This document shows positions 52,584 to 64,000 of a stretch of DNA of 64,000 nt, in pieces (the first letter of the stretch is position 1; each line of letters starts with the position of its first letter). The position numbers were made by a program, and so were the translations under genes. The stretch spans positions 93,498,001-93,562,000 of the forward strand of contig NW_024704742.1 of assembly GCF_018977255.1 (NCBI RefSeq), written 5' to 3'. The notes under the pieces were generated by a model. It saw nothing but the letters and a program-made list of their open reading frames with translations. It had not been told where the DNA came from and searched no databases. Source of the stretch: Callorhinchus milii. Its lineage: Eukaryota.

Positions 52584-52950
52584 CGGCCTCCACGGCCTCA
52601 CTCCTCTCTACCTCTACGAACTAAGCCCCTACCAACCTGTCAGCTCCCTACGCTCAGTGGGCTCTGGCCTGCTTCATGTCCCTGCCTTGCCCTCCCCATC
52701 ATTGGCAGGTAGGCCTTCAGCCTCTCTGCCCCCATCCTCTGGAACTGCATCCCATAATCCCTCCGACTTGCCCCTTCCCTCCTTCAAGACTCGTCTCAAA
52801 ACAAAATGTTTTTTTTCTTTGATTGAGCCTTTGGTTACCCTCGTACTCTCTCTCCAATCCCGACTCCCAGCCCGGGTCCAAATCTCTAACTGTCCAGCGC
52901 CTTGGGACGTCCTCCCAATGTGAAAGCTGCTATACAAATGTAATTTTGTA
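52584..52950 (+). mobile_element. L2-type LINE 3' fragment flanked by inverted duplications
   Basis: LHGLTPLYL...FKTRLKT and GCTATACAAATGTAATTTTG tail. Confidence 0.85.
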
Positions 52951-53789
52951 TTGTAGGTATTGCAAAGGAGTAATTCTACCTGATGTGCATGAGGCAAGGC
53001 AACCCGACATTAAATAAAAAAAATCCACGTCCTTGACTCAAATCCAGTCATAATATTGTTTTCAAAGACAAGCAGCGTGTAATCTGTGATTGTTTTCATA
53101 ACAATGCTTGGTAAGCTTCACAAAGAGAAGGCATAATCACTGTTAAAGAGGAAAATCTATCATTTCAAGATTCTGATATACCAATTGAAGTCTCAACTGC
53201 ATCTTGTGCATTTTTTTAAATTGCAAAAGGTATTTTCAAGTTTAGGTTTGTCCATGAACAAACATTACAATAAATAACAACTCACATTTATGCGAGCACC
53301 TTTCACATCCAGACGATGCCTCAAAATGCTTCACACAAATTAAACCTAAAAATGAGGTCACAACTCCATTATTCCTGAATTCATTCATAATTACGGTATA
53401 GAAATTCTGATCAACAAGGTGTCTTTTCAAACTCATCTTTAAAGATAGGTTTGAGAATAAAACCGCTTAGATTTCTACCTTAGACTTAGCCAATTTAACT
53501 GCTTTTTTAAAAAAAATAGATAAATCTGAATTTAAAAAAATTACAGAAACTAATAAAACACTTCTAGGGTCAACCCTGATATTGCAATGGATATAGCTGC
53601 ATATATGCTTCTGGGGCCAGGAGTTCACTAGTATGAAGGAGTCATGAATTTGCTGGTGTCATCTGCAATCTGAGACTCACTGCTAGAGATCACACAATGT
53701 CCAGTTGGGTGGGGTGCCAGAGGCACCACTGTGTTTTAGGGAAATGCACTCAGCATGAGGAAGCTGGAGATCAGGAGCAGAGGCATATG

Positions 53790-54150
53790 TGGAGTCCTGT
53801 AGTGTATTGGTTAGAGCATTCGCCACACAAGTGAGAGGACCCGGGTTCGATTCTTGGGCAACGCAAAATCTTAGGCAAGTTTCCTTACTTCACACGTCTC
53901 TGGTTACCTAGTAGTAGTTGATTAGTTGGTTGGCGGATCACTTTCCAGGAGTAATAATCCCTCCAAAAACAAAACAAAAAAAATTTGGTCACTCAATCCA
54001 CGACTGTTTGTGGAACACTGCTGTGAGCAATTGGCTTCCATGTTTCACCCTCAAAATACAGTCAATCTACTTTGCAATATATTCTGTGAAGCGCTTTGAA
54101 ACGTCTCAATGAAGTGATAACGTACTGTATCAAATGCAAGGATTATTATA
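53790..54150 (+). mobile_element. tRNA-derived SINE, longer variant
   Basis: Head TGGAGTCCTGTAG..GGTTCGATTC; extra central TTACCTAGTAGTAG..GGCGGATCACTTTCC block; (ATT) tail. Confidence 0.88.
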
Positions 54151-54246
54151 TGTGACTGAGGAGAAAAGTAGAAAGATAGTTGGACACCAACTTTCTTTTA
54201 AAATAAAAAGAGATTCTAATCACTAATAAAAAAGAAATATTCTTAC

Positions 54247-54281
54247 CTATTTTTCATCTGTGGGAGGATAAGCTGGGTCAT
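54247..54281 (-). CDS. HSD17B3: HSD17B3 exon (7)
   Basis: CTACAG| MTQLILPQMKN(R) |GTAAGA; 35 nt, phase 0 to 2. Confidence 0.92.
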
Positions 54282-56084
54282 CTGTAGCAAAGAATTAATG
54301 CTGCATTTTATTCAAGTTAATCAAAAATAAAAATCAATCTTCTCAATAGGTCCAACAATACGGATTGAAGACAGACAAAATGAAAACCTATACAATTATC
54401 TCTCACCCATTTCAAATTGTTGCCTTTGCTACAAAACCCAAATACTGAAAGTCAATTTGGGAAAGGGTTTAGGGGCTTATGATGAATAAACATTCCCTGC
54501 ATTACCTGATAATATTGCATTGCCATTATAACGTGTGGGTTGGGTCCATAAACTCTGACCTTACATTATAATGAGACATAATAATAATAATTAAAAAACA
54601 AATCGATGCCAGTCAATGCCTTCAGGCCATCAGAGAATCACTGACTTTGCTTCTGTACCAGGAAGCACCTATGATATCACTTCCTTCCTGAAGCAACATC
54701 AACAGTGCTTCCTGCACATAACACACATGTGGCCCTCAGGAATTGACATCAACACCAATATTGGAAGCTGGAATTGTACCATGGGTCTTGTACAACAACT
54801 TTCATTTATATAGCGCCCTTCATGCACGGTTGCATCCCGGACCACTTTGCACACTGTAATGTGGACTGTACAATGTGAGTCCACAGTACACTTGCATAAA
54901 CAGACCCGTACTAAACTGGTACACGTTATAATGGGTATCACTATGTACATTGTGTTGTGTGGAAATTGTGTCACTCTGGCTAACAATTAGACTTATCCTT
55001 GTGATTGTACTGGGGACAATGTAGACTGCCCTCAGTATAGACTACAAATCCATAAGATTAACTCTATAATCTTGGAATAGTAGCGTCTCATACCCATATG
55101 TCAAACGCTCTGGGATGCTAGCCTGCGTGGGGCATGCTATAAATGCAAGTTGTTGAGATAAGAATTACTTTCAACATTTTTAGTTCTCCTAGCTTACATT
55201 ATATATGCTCAACATATGACTTATTTTGTCTTTAATTTTGCTCTGTGTGTAAATCAACTGATTTTGTTTTAACTGGCAGAAGCCTGCATTAGATAGTTAT
55301 GCTGCCATATTCTAAAAGAGACTGGAACGCAATAGGGGAATAGAGTAAATGTAATGATCATCTCAAAGTGCTTCATAACATTTTCTGTAAAGTGTAGTAG
55401 CTATGTATTTCCACACAAACACAGAAACTAACTTGTGCAGGATAATGTTTCAGAAACAGCCAGGAGATGAATGACCAATTTTGACTAGCGGATTGTTGGC
55501 CAGGGGACCTTTCTCTTTTTGAATAGTGCCATGGGATTTTTAATATCTATCATGAACTCACAACCTTCTGACTCAGAGGCAAAAATGCTGGCAATTGAGC
55601 CATTGTTAATAAAGTTTATAGAGAATTTGATTGTTAAATGCTGAAAAGACATTGCATAAAAAGGTGAGTGCTACAAAGGAGCAATTCTAGTGCAAAGGAG
55701 GCAAGGATCAGCTTATGTAAATTCCGTGCGCTCCTCAACATAAAAAAGTTCTAAAAATACTTTTCAAATCAAGTTGAAAAATCAAACCAAATTGAAAAAT
55801 GTAACTGTTATGTTTCAGCAACATAGAATTAACAATGCCTTTTCTTTTTAAAAGCCTACCGAATAGAACACTCAGACACCTAATGAACTAACAAAGATCA
55901 TTGACCATGATATTAAGGATTTAACATGTACATAAGCCTTCCCTTAAACTTGCAAATAGCCAATTCATTATTTTGTCACGTACATCTTCCAACATGAGAA
56001 AATGTGAAGAATGCAGCGTCATTAATACTTAGGATCACCCAGTTCTACTAGCAAAAAACAAATCATTAGTGATCGATCACATAC

Positions 56085-56129
56085 CTTGATGACAGATAAC
56101 ATATTGACATTGATTAAGTCATCGATGGT
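56085..56129 (-). CDS. HSD17B3: HSD17B3 exon (6)
   Basis: CAACAG| TIDDLINVNMLSVIK |GTATG; 45 nt, phase 0 to 0; includes the conserved SDR Asn. Confidence 0.88.
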
Positions 56130-57004
56130 CTGTTGCACAAAATAAATATCAGAATTAGAACACATAGTTGTAGTCATTTTAAATTCTCTCACAGCAGCTT
56201 TTTTCACCCAAAATGAACAGCTTATCGTCAGAGATCCCGTCAAAATTATTAATGTAATTAGATTATTGAGATCACAAAATAGCTTTGATCGCTCATTGCT
56301 GGAGGCACACTGTATTTACTGCAGCAGCAGCAGCAGTTGAGAGAAGTACCACCCAGCCATTAGTTACAGAACCCTATTAAAGTAAACCTAACTGTACTCT
56401 TAAACCTTTGCTACTTGACTCTAGATGTTAAGGAACCAAATTTTGTTTCAGCCCAGAACATGAACTCACAATCACCCACACAGAATTTTAACCTTCTGAC
56501 TGTACTCTTTATCGAAGTTCTCCTAGATGCACTTTCAAACATTTGAATACATTTTCAAATGTAATCCTGTTCTAAATAAAAATGCAGATCTCAACATTTG
56601 CGTCAAGGTTATTCTCCACTTCACATATATAAAAATGTTCTTTTACATCTTGAATCGAATCTTTGAGAATTCCTGTCAAACACATAAATCAAGTTTTGAT
56701 AGTGAAACGTTATTCAAAGAGTGTTTGGAGAGAGGGAACAGCAGGTCTGAAATAAAAGAGACCGCAGAGCAATTTCTAGGTATTTTATTGGGAGCCCGGG
56801 TAAGTCTGAACTTCGTTTGTGCCCATGTAACGTATGCACACCACAGAATAAGGTCAGAAGGTGTGAATCTGAGTGCAGCTGAAATATTACTAACTGAGCA
56901 TGGTGTTCCTTAAGTCATTCAATAAAAGATATGGCTGAATATTGTAAATTTGAAACATAACTTATATAAGATTTAGGTATTAGATATTGAATAATTTGCC
57001 AGAC

Positions 57005-57645
57005 TCGCCACTGCCTCATCCCTCAGGCTGCCGAAACCCTCACCCACGCATTTGTCACATCAAGGCTCAATTACAGAAACTCCCTCCTTCGCAACTCTTC
57101 CCTTCACAAGCTGCAGATCACCCAAAACTCTGCAGCTCATGTAATCTCATGCACCAGGTTCCGCGACCCCATCACTCCCACCCTCGCCCGACTCCACTGG
57201 CTCCCCATCCCCCAGAGGATCGAGTTCAAGATCCTCGTCCTCACCTTTAAGGCCATCCATGGCCTTGCCCCCTCCTACCTCTCTGACCTGCTGACTCCAT
57301 ACCAACTTGCCCGCTCCCTCCGTTCATCGGGCTCCGGCCTGCTCCATGTCTCCCACACCACCGCCCTACCATCGGTGGCCGGGCTTTTAGCCTCTCTGCC
57401 CCCACACTCTGGAACTCCATCTCACGGTCCCTTTGCCTCGCTTCTTCCTTTGCCACCTTCAAGGTCGGTCTCAATACCCTTCTCTTTGATCGTGCCTTTG
57501 GTCTCCCTCCCACCTCTCTGCCTTCCCTCACCCCCACACCACTCCTCCCCCATGCTCGGGCCCTGACACCTGACTGTTCAGCGCTTTGGGACGTCCTCCG
57601 GACGCGAAAGTCGCTCTATAAATGTAATTTTGTTGTTGTTGATGA
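57005..57645 (+). mobile_element. L2-type LINE 3' fragment
   Basis: HAFVTSRL..LHWLPIPQRIEFKILVLTFK..LWNS similarity; (TTG)n tail. Confidence 0.9.
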
Positions 57646-57662
57646 TGAAAGGAGCAGCATAC

Positions 57663-57730
57663 CTTATCTCTACTGAGCATGTCAAGAAATTTAGATGGAT
57701 GTGGGTTGGGCAACATTCCAACATTGTTAA
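57663..57730 (-). CDS. HSD17B3: HSD17B3 exon (5)
   Basis: TTGCAG| (I)NNVGMLPNPHPSKFLDMLSRDK |GTATG; 68 nt; NNVGMLPN fits HSD17B3 rather than HSD17B12 (NNVGMSY). Confidence 0.94.
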
Positions 57731-58236
57731 CTGCAAAGACAATCAGACATGGAAATAAAAGTTCATGAGCATATTTGAAATAACCAAACTACCAATATTT
57801 TTGCTATATTTTATACAAATGTAACAATAATTCATAGTCTGTGGCCATTTGAATTTAACACTTATTTTTCTGCCACCTGTCACTGTCTCTCCCCACCCGC
57901 CACCCCCCCCACCCCCTCAGTCACCAAGAACCTCATCCACACTTTCATCAAGTCCAGGCTTGGTCAGACTGATGCCCCACTCACCAGACTTCCCTCCACA
58001 AACTGCGCACTATACAGATCTCTAACCTAGGTCTTCTCCCGCAACTATTTTTATTCTGTGTTGTGCCACTGTTGAGCGCTCTGGGGCTCTATCCTGCATG
58101 AGGGGTACTATATAAATGCAATTTGTTGTCGTTATTATTCATCATCATCTGAGCCTCAACCTTCAGATCCGGTAACAATCAGGATTTTTGGAAAGGAATG
58201 TACTATTCCAACCTGCTCAACATAAAACATACTTAC

Positions 58237-58344
58237 TCAGAATCCCAATTTCAAGCCCTCTCAGATGTTCTTCAATGATATTATAAATGTCTCTCTTGGT
58301 AAAGTCAACCACAACAATCTTCACTTGTCTTCCTGTAAATTGCT
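58237..58344 (-). CDS. HSD17B3: HSD17B3 exon (4); upstream exons not found in the window
   Basis: TTGCAG| (E)[42 protein letters not shown]; 108 nt, phase 1 to 1. Confidence 0.94.
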
Positions 58345-58589
58345 CTGCAATTTATTCAAACTTGTAGTTAAAACTCCAATGATAAATAATTTAAGAGGTC
58401 AAGCTAATCTGGATTCAACACCTCTGGGATATTGGTCCAAGTGTGGGTTATTTAATTAAATAAATGCAACTAATTTGGGCAATTTAGAATTGAACAGATC
58501 TTTTCTTCCCCCCATATAAAAGGATGCCATTTGTTGTCTAGATAAAATGAAACACTGAATGCTGGCAATCTGAGCTAAACTAAACTTTA

Positions 58590-58730
58590 GCCTGGCTCAG
58601 TTGGAAGCATTCTCATCTTCAAGTCAAACGGTTGTAGGATCAAGGCCCCACCTCAAGACTTTGAACTCTAGGCTGACACTCCAATGTGGGGCCAAGGGTG
58701 TGCTGCACTGTTAAAGTTGCAATCTTCAGG
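58590..58730 (+). mobile_element. Old tRNA-derived SINE remnant (Deu/SacSINE-like)
   Basis: TGGCTCAGTTGG..GGTTGTAGGATCAAG..CTAGGCTGACACTCC..GTGCTGCACTGT resembles a recalled shark Deu-SINE consensus. Confidence 0.55.
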
Positions 58731-59374
58731 ACATGGCTGTAGTGTTCACCTACACACTGCAGTCACCAGAGTTTACAGTATATCCTATGAAATGCTTTGA
58801 GATTTTTCAATGTGATAACACACTGTCCAATGCAACAATTATTATATAGTAGAAGCTTCTCAAAATTGTCATCTGAAACAGATATGTAGTTAACATTTAT
58901 GCATTAACAGGATGAAGAAAAACTTTCAACTCATAATTAAAGATGTAATGGGATGTTAGATTGAAGATGAACAAATGGTCTAAAAAGTTTTGGTATGATC
59001 TCAATTGCTATATCAGTTACAGTAATTGGTTAGTTACCCTTACAATCACTTGTTTGTTAGCTGTTATTTGCAAAAATCTGATAATGGATACCGGAGTGTT
59101 TGTGCTATTCAGCTGAATATGCTTTAACATGCAAGCTTCAGACAAATTGCTTTTGTATCATGGCAAATCTCTAGAAGATTGAATGCACTTTGCAAATGCT
59201 CAGTTGCAACATGAAGTTCTCTCTATCAATATTTAAAGAACATAATGATCAGCCAAATTCTTTCCTAAACAATATTCTCAAATATAGTTTCCATTCTGGT
59301 TTTCTTTTCACACTGTTCATTGAACTATTATTTTGAACTATTGTCAGGATAATTAATACATTTTCATTAAATAC

Positions 59375-61392
59375 ATTACATGAGAGTATACAGCACAGAA
59401 ACAGGCCATTCGGCCCAATTGGTCTATGCCGGTGTTTATGCTCCACATGAGACTCCTCCTGCCCTTCCTCAACTAAGCCTTCAAGCATAACCTTCTATTC
59501 CTTACTCCCTCATGTACCTATCTAGCTTTCCCTCAAAGACATCTATGCTATTTGCCTCAACAACTTCTTGTGGTAGCATGTTCCACATTCCCACTACAAT
59601 AACAACAAGATTACATTTGTTAGCGCCTTTCACGTCGGAAGGACATCCCAAGGTGCTGGACAGTGTACAGCATTTCAGACCCGAGCTGGGGTCAGGGGGG
59701 GAGAAGGGAGGGGAGCGGAAGGGGGGTGACCGATGGCATGGTCGAAGAGGAGAGTCTTGAGGCGGGACCACTGCTCTTCTTAATATACATAATTGATCTG
59801 GACTTGGGTATAGCAAGTACCATTTCCAAGTTTGCGGACAATACAGTTAGGTAGGGTGGTAAACAGTGAGAAGGATAGCAGCCAACTACAGGAAGACATA
59901 GACAGAATGGTAAAATGGGCAGACACATGGCAGATGAGATTCAATGTGGAGAAATGCGAGGTAATGCATTTTGGTAGAAAGAATGAGGGGAGGCAATATA
60001 GGCTGGTAATACAATCTTAAGGGGGGTGAAAGAACAGAGAGACCTGGGGGTGCACGTAAATGAATCCTTGAAGGTAGGACAGGTAGATAAAGCTGTAAAA
60101 AGGGCATATGGGATACGAGGCTTTATAAATAGGGGCATAGAGTACAAGAGTCAGGAGGTTATGATTAACCTATATAAAACACTGGTTAGGCCTCAGTTAG
60201 AATACTGCACCCAGTTCTGGGCACCACACTATAGGAAGGATGTTAAGGCATTGGAAAGGGTGCAGAGGAGATTTACGAGGATGGTACGAGGAATGAGGGA
60301 CCTTGATTATGAGGAAAGGCTAGAGAGGCTGGGATTATTCTCATTGGAGCAGAGAAGGTTACGAGGAGACCTAATAGAGGTCTTCAAAATCATGAGGGGA
60401 TTTGATAGGTTAGAAAGGGAAAAACTGTTTCCACTGGTGGGTGTGTCGGTGACTCGAGATCACAGATTTAAAATGGTCTCTAAAAGAAGCAGAGGGGAGG
60501 TGAGAAGAATTTTTTCACGCAGAGAGTTCGAATCTGGAACGCATTGCCTGAAAGGGTGGTCGAGGCCGATTCGATAACTACTTTTAAAAACTCGGTGGAT
60601 GAGTATTTGAGGAGGACGGGTTTGCAGAGTTATGGGGAAAGGGCTGGGGAGAGGGATTAACATTACATTGGTCTTTTCAAAGAGTCGGCACAGACTCGAT
60701 GGGCTGAATGGCCTCTTTTTGTGCTGTATGATTCTATGATTTGAAGGAGGCTAAGCGGTGGGGCGAGGCAGAGTGATTGAAGGATGGAATTCCAGAGGTT
60801 GGGGGCAGAGTGGCTGAAGGCTCTCCCGCCAATAGTGAGGCGGGTGGGTCGGGGCACGTGGAGCAGGCTGGAGCCGGCTGAGTGAAGGGAGCAGGTGGGT
60901 TGGTAGGGGGTTAGGAGGTCACAGAGGTCGGGTGGGGCGAGGCCGTGGAGGGCTTTGTAGGTGAGGACCAGGATCTTGAACTGGATCTTCTGAAGGATAG
61001 GGATTTAATGGAGTTGAGCGAGAGTGGGGCAGATGGGATCATGAAGTTTGATGCAGGAGAGGACAACCATGGAGGTTGATGCTACCAGAGCCTGAGGTGC
61101 TGAGGCGCTAGCGCGAGCCAATCAGGAGGGCCTCAGTCTTGTTCACATTCAACTGTAGGAAATTTGCCCTCATCCAGTGGTCCTGGAATTGAGGGTGGAG
61201 ACAGAAAGATACAGTTGGGCGTCATCCGCATACATGTGGAAGTTGATCCCATGTCTACAGATGATGTCATCAAGGGGGAGCATGTCGAGTACTACTCTCT
61301 ATGTGAAGAAATTTCTTCTAACTTCCCTATTTGAACTATTTGTGACTATTTTATATTGATGGCCCCTGGTTTTGGTCTCCCCCACAAGTGGT
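59375..61392. mobile_element. Nested cluster: old CR1 tail (-) split by L2 (-), itself split by a younger CR1 (+, 59765-60740)
   Basis: CR1 ORF2 GPLLFLIYI..SKFAD..LYKTLVRPQLEYC; L2 halves 59598-59764 and 60741-61285; old CR1 halves 59375-59597 and 61291-61392. Confidence 0.85.
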
Positions 61393-61649
61393 AGTGATGG
61401 GTTACTACTTTCATTTTATATTCCAATATATCAGATAGCGTTGAACAGTGGAAATGATCCCTGAGCTCAGAGACAAATTAAACACAACTTTCCTCAGGGA
61501 TTTTAATGGTGAGGTAGAGTTCATGACAAAATTTAATGTACAAGATTTGTGTAAAAAGTGTCCTTGATAAGCCAAATTGTTTCTTCTCTCTTGCTTTCAT
61601 GTTCTAAGTTCACTGGAAATCAGGGGATGCAGAGTTTACTACATAACTA

Positions 61650-63625
61650 TAAGCCTATAAAACAGCGAAGATCAGTAGTAAACCCAAGGATTGGGAGAAC
61701 TTTAGGGAACAACAGAGGAGGACCAAAAAATTGATCAAGAGGGAGAAAATAGATTATGAGGGCAAAGTAGCAAAGAACATAAAAACAGACTCCAAGAGTT
61801 TTTACAAATATATAAAGAGGAAAAGGCTAGCGAGGGTGAATGTGGGTCCATTACAGGCAGAGACCGGAGGAATTATAATAGGGGACAAAGACATGGCAGA
61901 GTCATTAAACAAGTATTTTTCTACAGTCTTCACCGTAGAAGACACTGGAAACATACCAAAAATAGAGGACCAAGAAGACAATGTTAGCGAGCAACTTAGG
62001 GAGATTAACATTAGTAAAGAGATGGTTCTAGGTAAATTGTCGGGTCTTAAAACCGATAAATCCCCTGGACCGGATGGCCTGCATCCGAGAGTTTTAAAGG
62101 AGGTGGCTACTGAGATAGTGGATGGCATGTCTATAATCTTCCAAAAGTCTGTGGATACTGGAAAAGTTCCCATTGATTGCAAACATAACTCCACTAATTA
62201 AGAAGGGTGGGAGAGAAAATAGGGAAACCTTTAGACCAGTTAGTTTGACGTCAGTTGTAGGGAAGATTCTTGAGTCCTTAATAAAAGACGTAGTTATGGG
62301 ATACCTGGAAGACCATAAAAAGATTAGGCAGAGTCAACATGGCTTTACAAAAGGGAAGTCATGCTTGACTAACCTTTTAGAATTTTTTGAGGATGTATCC
62401 AGCAGGTTGGATAAGGGGGAACCAGTAGATGTGGTATATTTGGATTTTAGGAAGGCATTTGACAAGGTGCCACACAAAAGGCTGTTACTCAAGATCAAGG
62501 CCCACGGGATTAATGGGAAAATATTAACATGGATAGAAGAGTGGCTATCGGGTAGAAAGCAGAGAGTAGTGATAAACGGATCATTCTCGAATTGGCAGGA
62601 TGTAACTAGTGGAGTGCCACAAGGATCAGTGCTTGGGCCTCAGCTATTTACCATTTACATCAATGATCTGGACGAGGACATTGAATGTAATGTGTCTAAA
62701 TTCGCGGATGATACTAAACTAGGTAGCAGAGTGAGCTCTCAGGATGATGCAAAAAGATTGCAACAAGATATAGATAGGCTAGGGGAGTGGGCAAGTAGGT
62801 GGCAGATGGAATTCAATGTTAGCAAGTGTGAAATTATTCACCTAGGTAGCAAGAATAAAAGAACAGATTATTTTCTGGAAGGGGAGAAGTTAGATAGTGT
62901 TAGTATTCAAAGGGATTTGGGTGTCCTTGTACACCAGTCCCAAAAAGTTAGTTTGCAGGTGCAGTAAGCAACTAAGAAGGCGAACGGCATGTTAGCGTTC
63001 ATTTCGAAAGGTTTAGAATATAAGAGTAGGGAAGTCTTGCTGCAACTGTATAGGGCTTTGGTGAGACCGCACCTAGAGTATTGTGTGCAGTTTTGGTCTC
63101 CTTATTTAAAAAAGGACATACTTGCCCTAGAGGGGGTGCAGCGTAGATTCACTCGGTTAGTTCCTGGGATGAGGGGACTGACCTATGAGGATAGGCTGAA
63201 TAAACTAGGGCTGTATTCTCTAGAGTACAGAAGAATTAGGGGGGATCTTATTGAAACTTATAAGATTCTTAAAGGGCTGGATAAAGTAGACACAGAGGGA
63301 CTGTTTCCCCTGAGAATCTATAACCAGGGGTCACAGTCTTAAAATTAAGGGTCAGCCTCTTAGAACAGAGTTGAGGAAACATTTCTTCACTCAGAGGGTA
63401 GTGAACTTATGGAATTCACTACCCCAGAAGGCTGTAGATGCTCAGTCCTTGAACATTTTCAAGGCTGAGACTGATAGATTCTTGAAAAATAGAGGGATTA
63501 GGGGATATGGGGATAGCGCAGGTAATCAGAGTTAGGTGAGAAGATCAGCCATGATCTTATTGAATGGCGGAGCAGGCACGAAGGGCCGAATGGCCTACTC
63601 CTGCTCCTAATTCTTATGTTCTTAT
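61650..63625 (+). mobile_element. 5'-truncated CR1 LINE (~2 kb) with RT domain
   Basis: KSPGPDGLHPRVLKE, RPVSLTSVVGK, YLDFRKAFDKVPH, GVPQGSVLGP, SKFADDTKLG; frameshift at ~62180, stop at 62965; (TTCTTAT) tail. Confidence 0.97.
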
Positions 63626-64000
63626 AACTAGTAAATTCTAATGATACACAACTAATAAATAATAATAAACACAAGGCAAAATACTGCAGATGCTGGAAAT
63701 CTGAAAGAGAAAGTCGCTGGGAACACTCAGCAGGTCAGGCAGCATCTATGGATAGAGGACAGTGAGTTAACATTTCAGGCCGATGACCTTTCGGCAGAAA
63801 AATAATAATACTTGCATTTGGTATAATGCCTTATCACATCATCGAGACATCTCAAAGGGTTTCACAGATATACTGTAATGTATTGATTGTATTCTCTGGG
63901 CAAGCTCAGGACCAGTTTATACACACAAACAGCTATGGAGTGTGTGAACAATTTTATTTGGGGGAATTGTTGGCTAGGACACTGGGAGAAACTCCCTTCT

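Noticed and set aside
61731..63342. Active RT gene
   Set aside because: 5'-truncated CR1 with a frameshift and a premature stop

Overview
This is vertebrate genomic DNA. The repeat content (CR1 and L2 LINEs, a tRNA/CORE-like SINE, a Deu-SINE-like remnant) suggests a cartilaginous fish, which is an inference. The first 10.4 kb is a ~38-bp tandem satellite in three blocks: forward, then a 25-N gap and 1.3 kb of unique sequence, then reverse, then forward. The last two blocks form a ~6-kb head-to-head palindrome that runs directly into a CCAAT/GC-box/E2F CpG promoter. That promoter precedes a complete 5-exon ZNF367 on the + strand (CDS 10711-10953, 13402-13552, 20007-20126, 20789-20927, 21494-21734; 297 aa). 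Its long, repeat-free putative 3'UTR is rich in GCACTT miRNA seed matches. ZNF367 intron 2 holds a decayed, internally deleted endogenous retrovirus with a spuma-like RT signature. The last eight coding exons of HSD17B3 lie on the - strand (44314-58344), converging on ZNF367; its first exons are presumably beyond the window. Two intact, canonically spliced CDC14 exons (41053-41352, +) sit between the two genes, and I could recognise no other CDC14 exon in the window. The remainder is CR1/L2/SINE fragments, fold-back elements and microsatellites. All homology calls come from recalled protein and repeat motifs, not from database searches.
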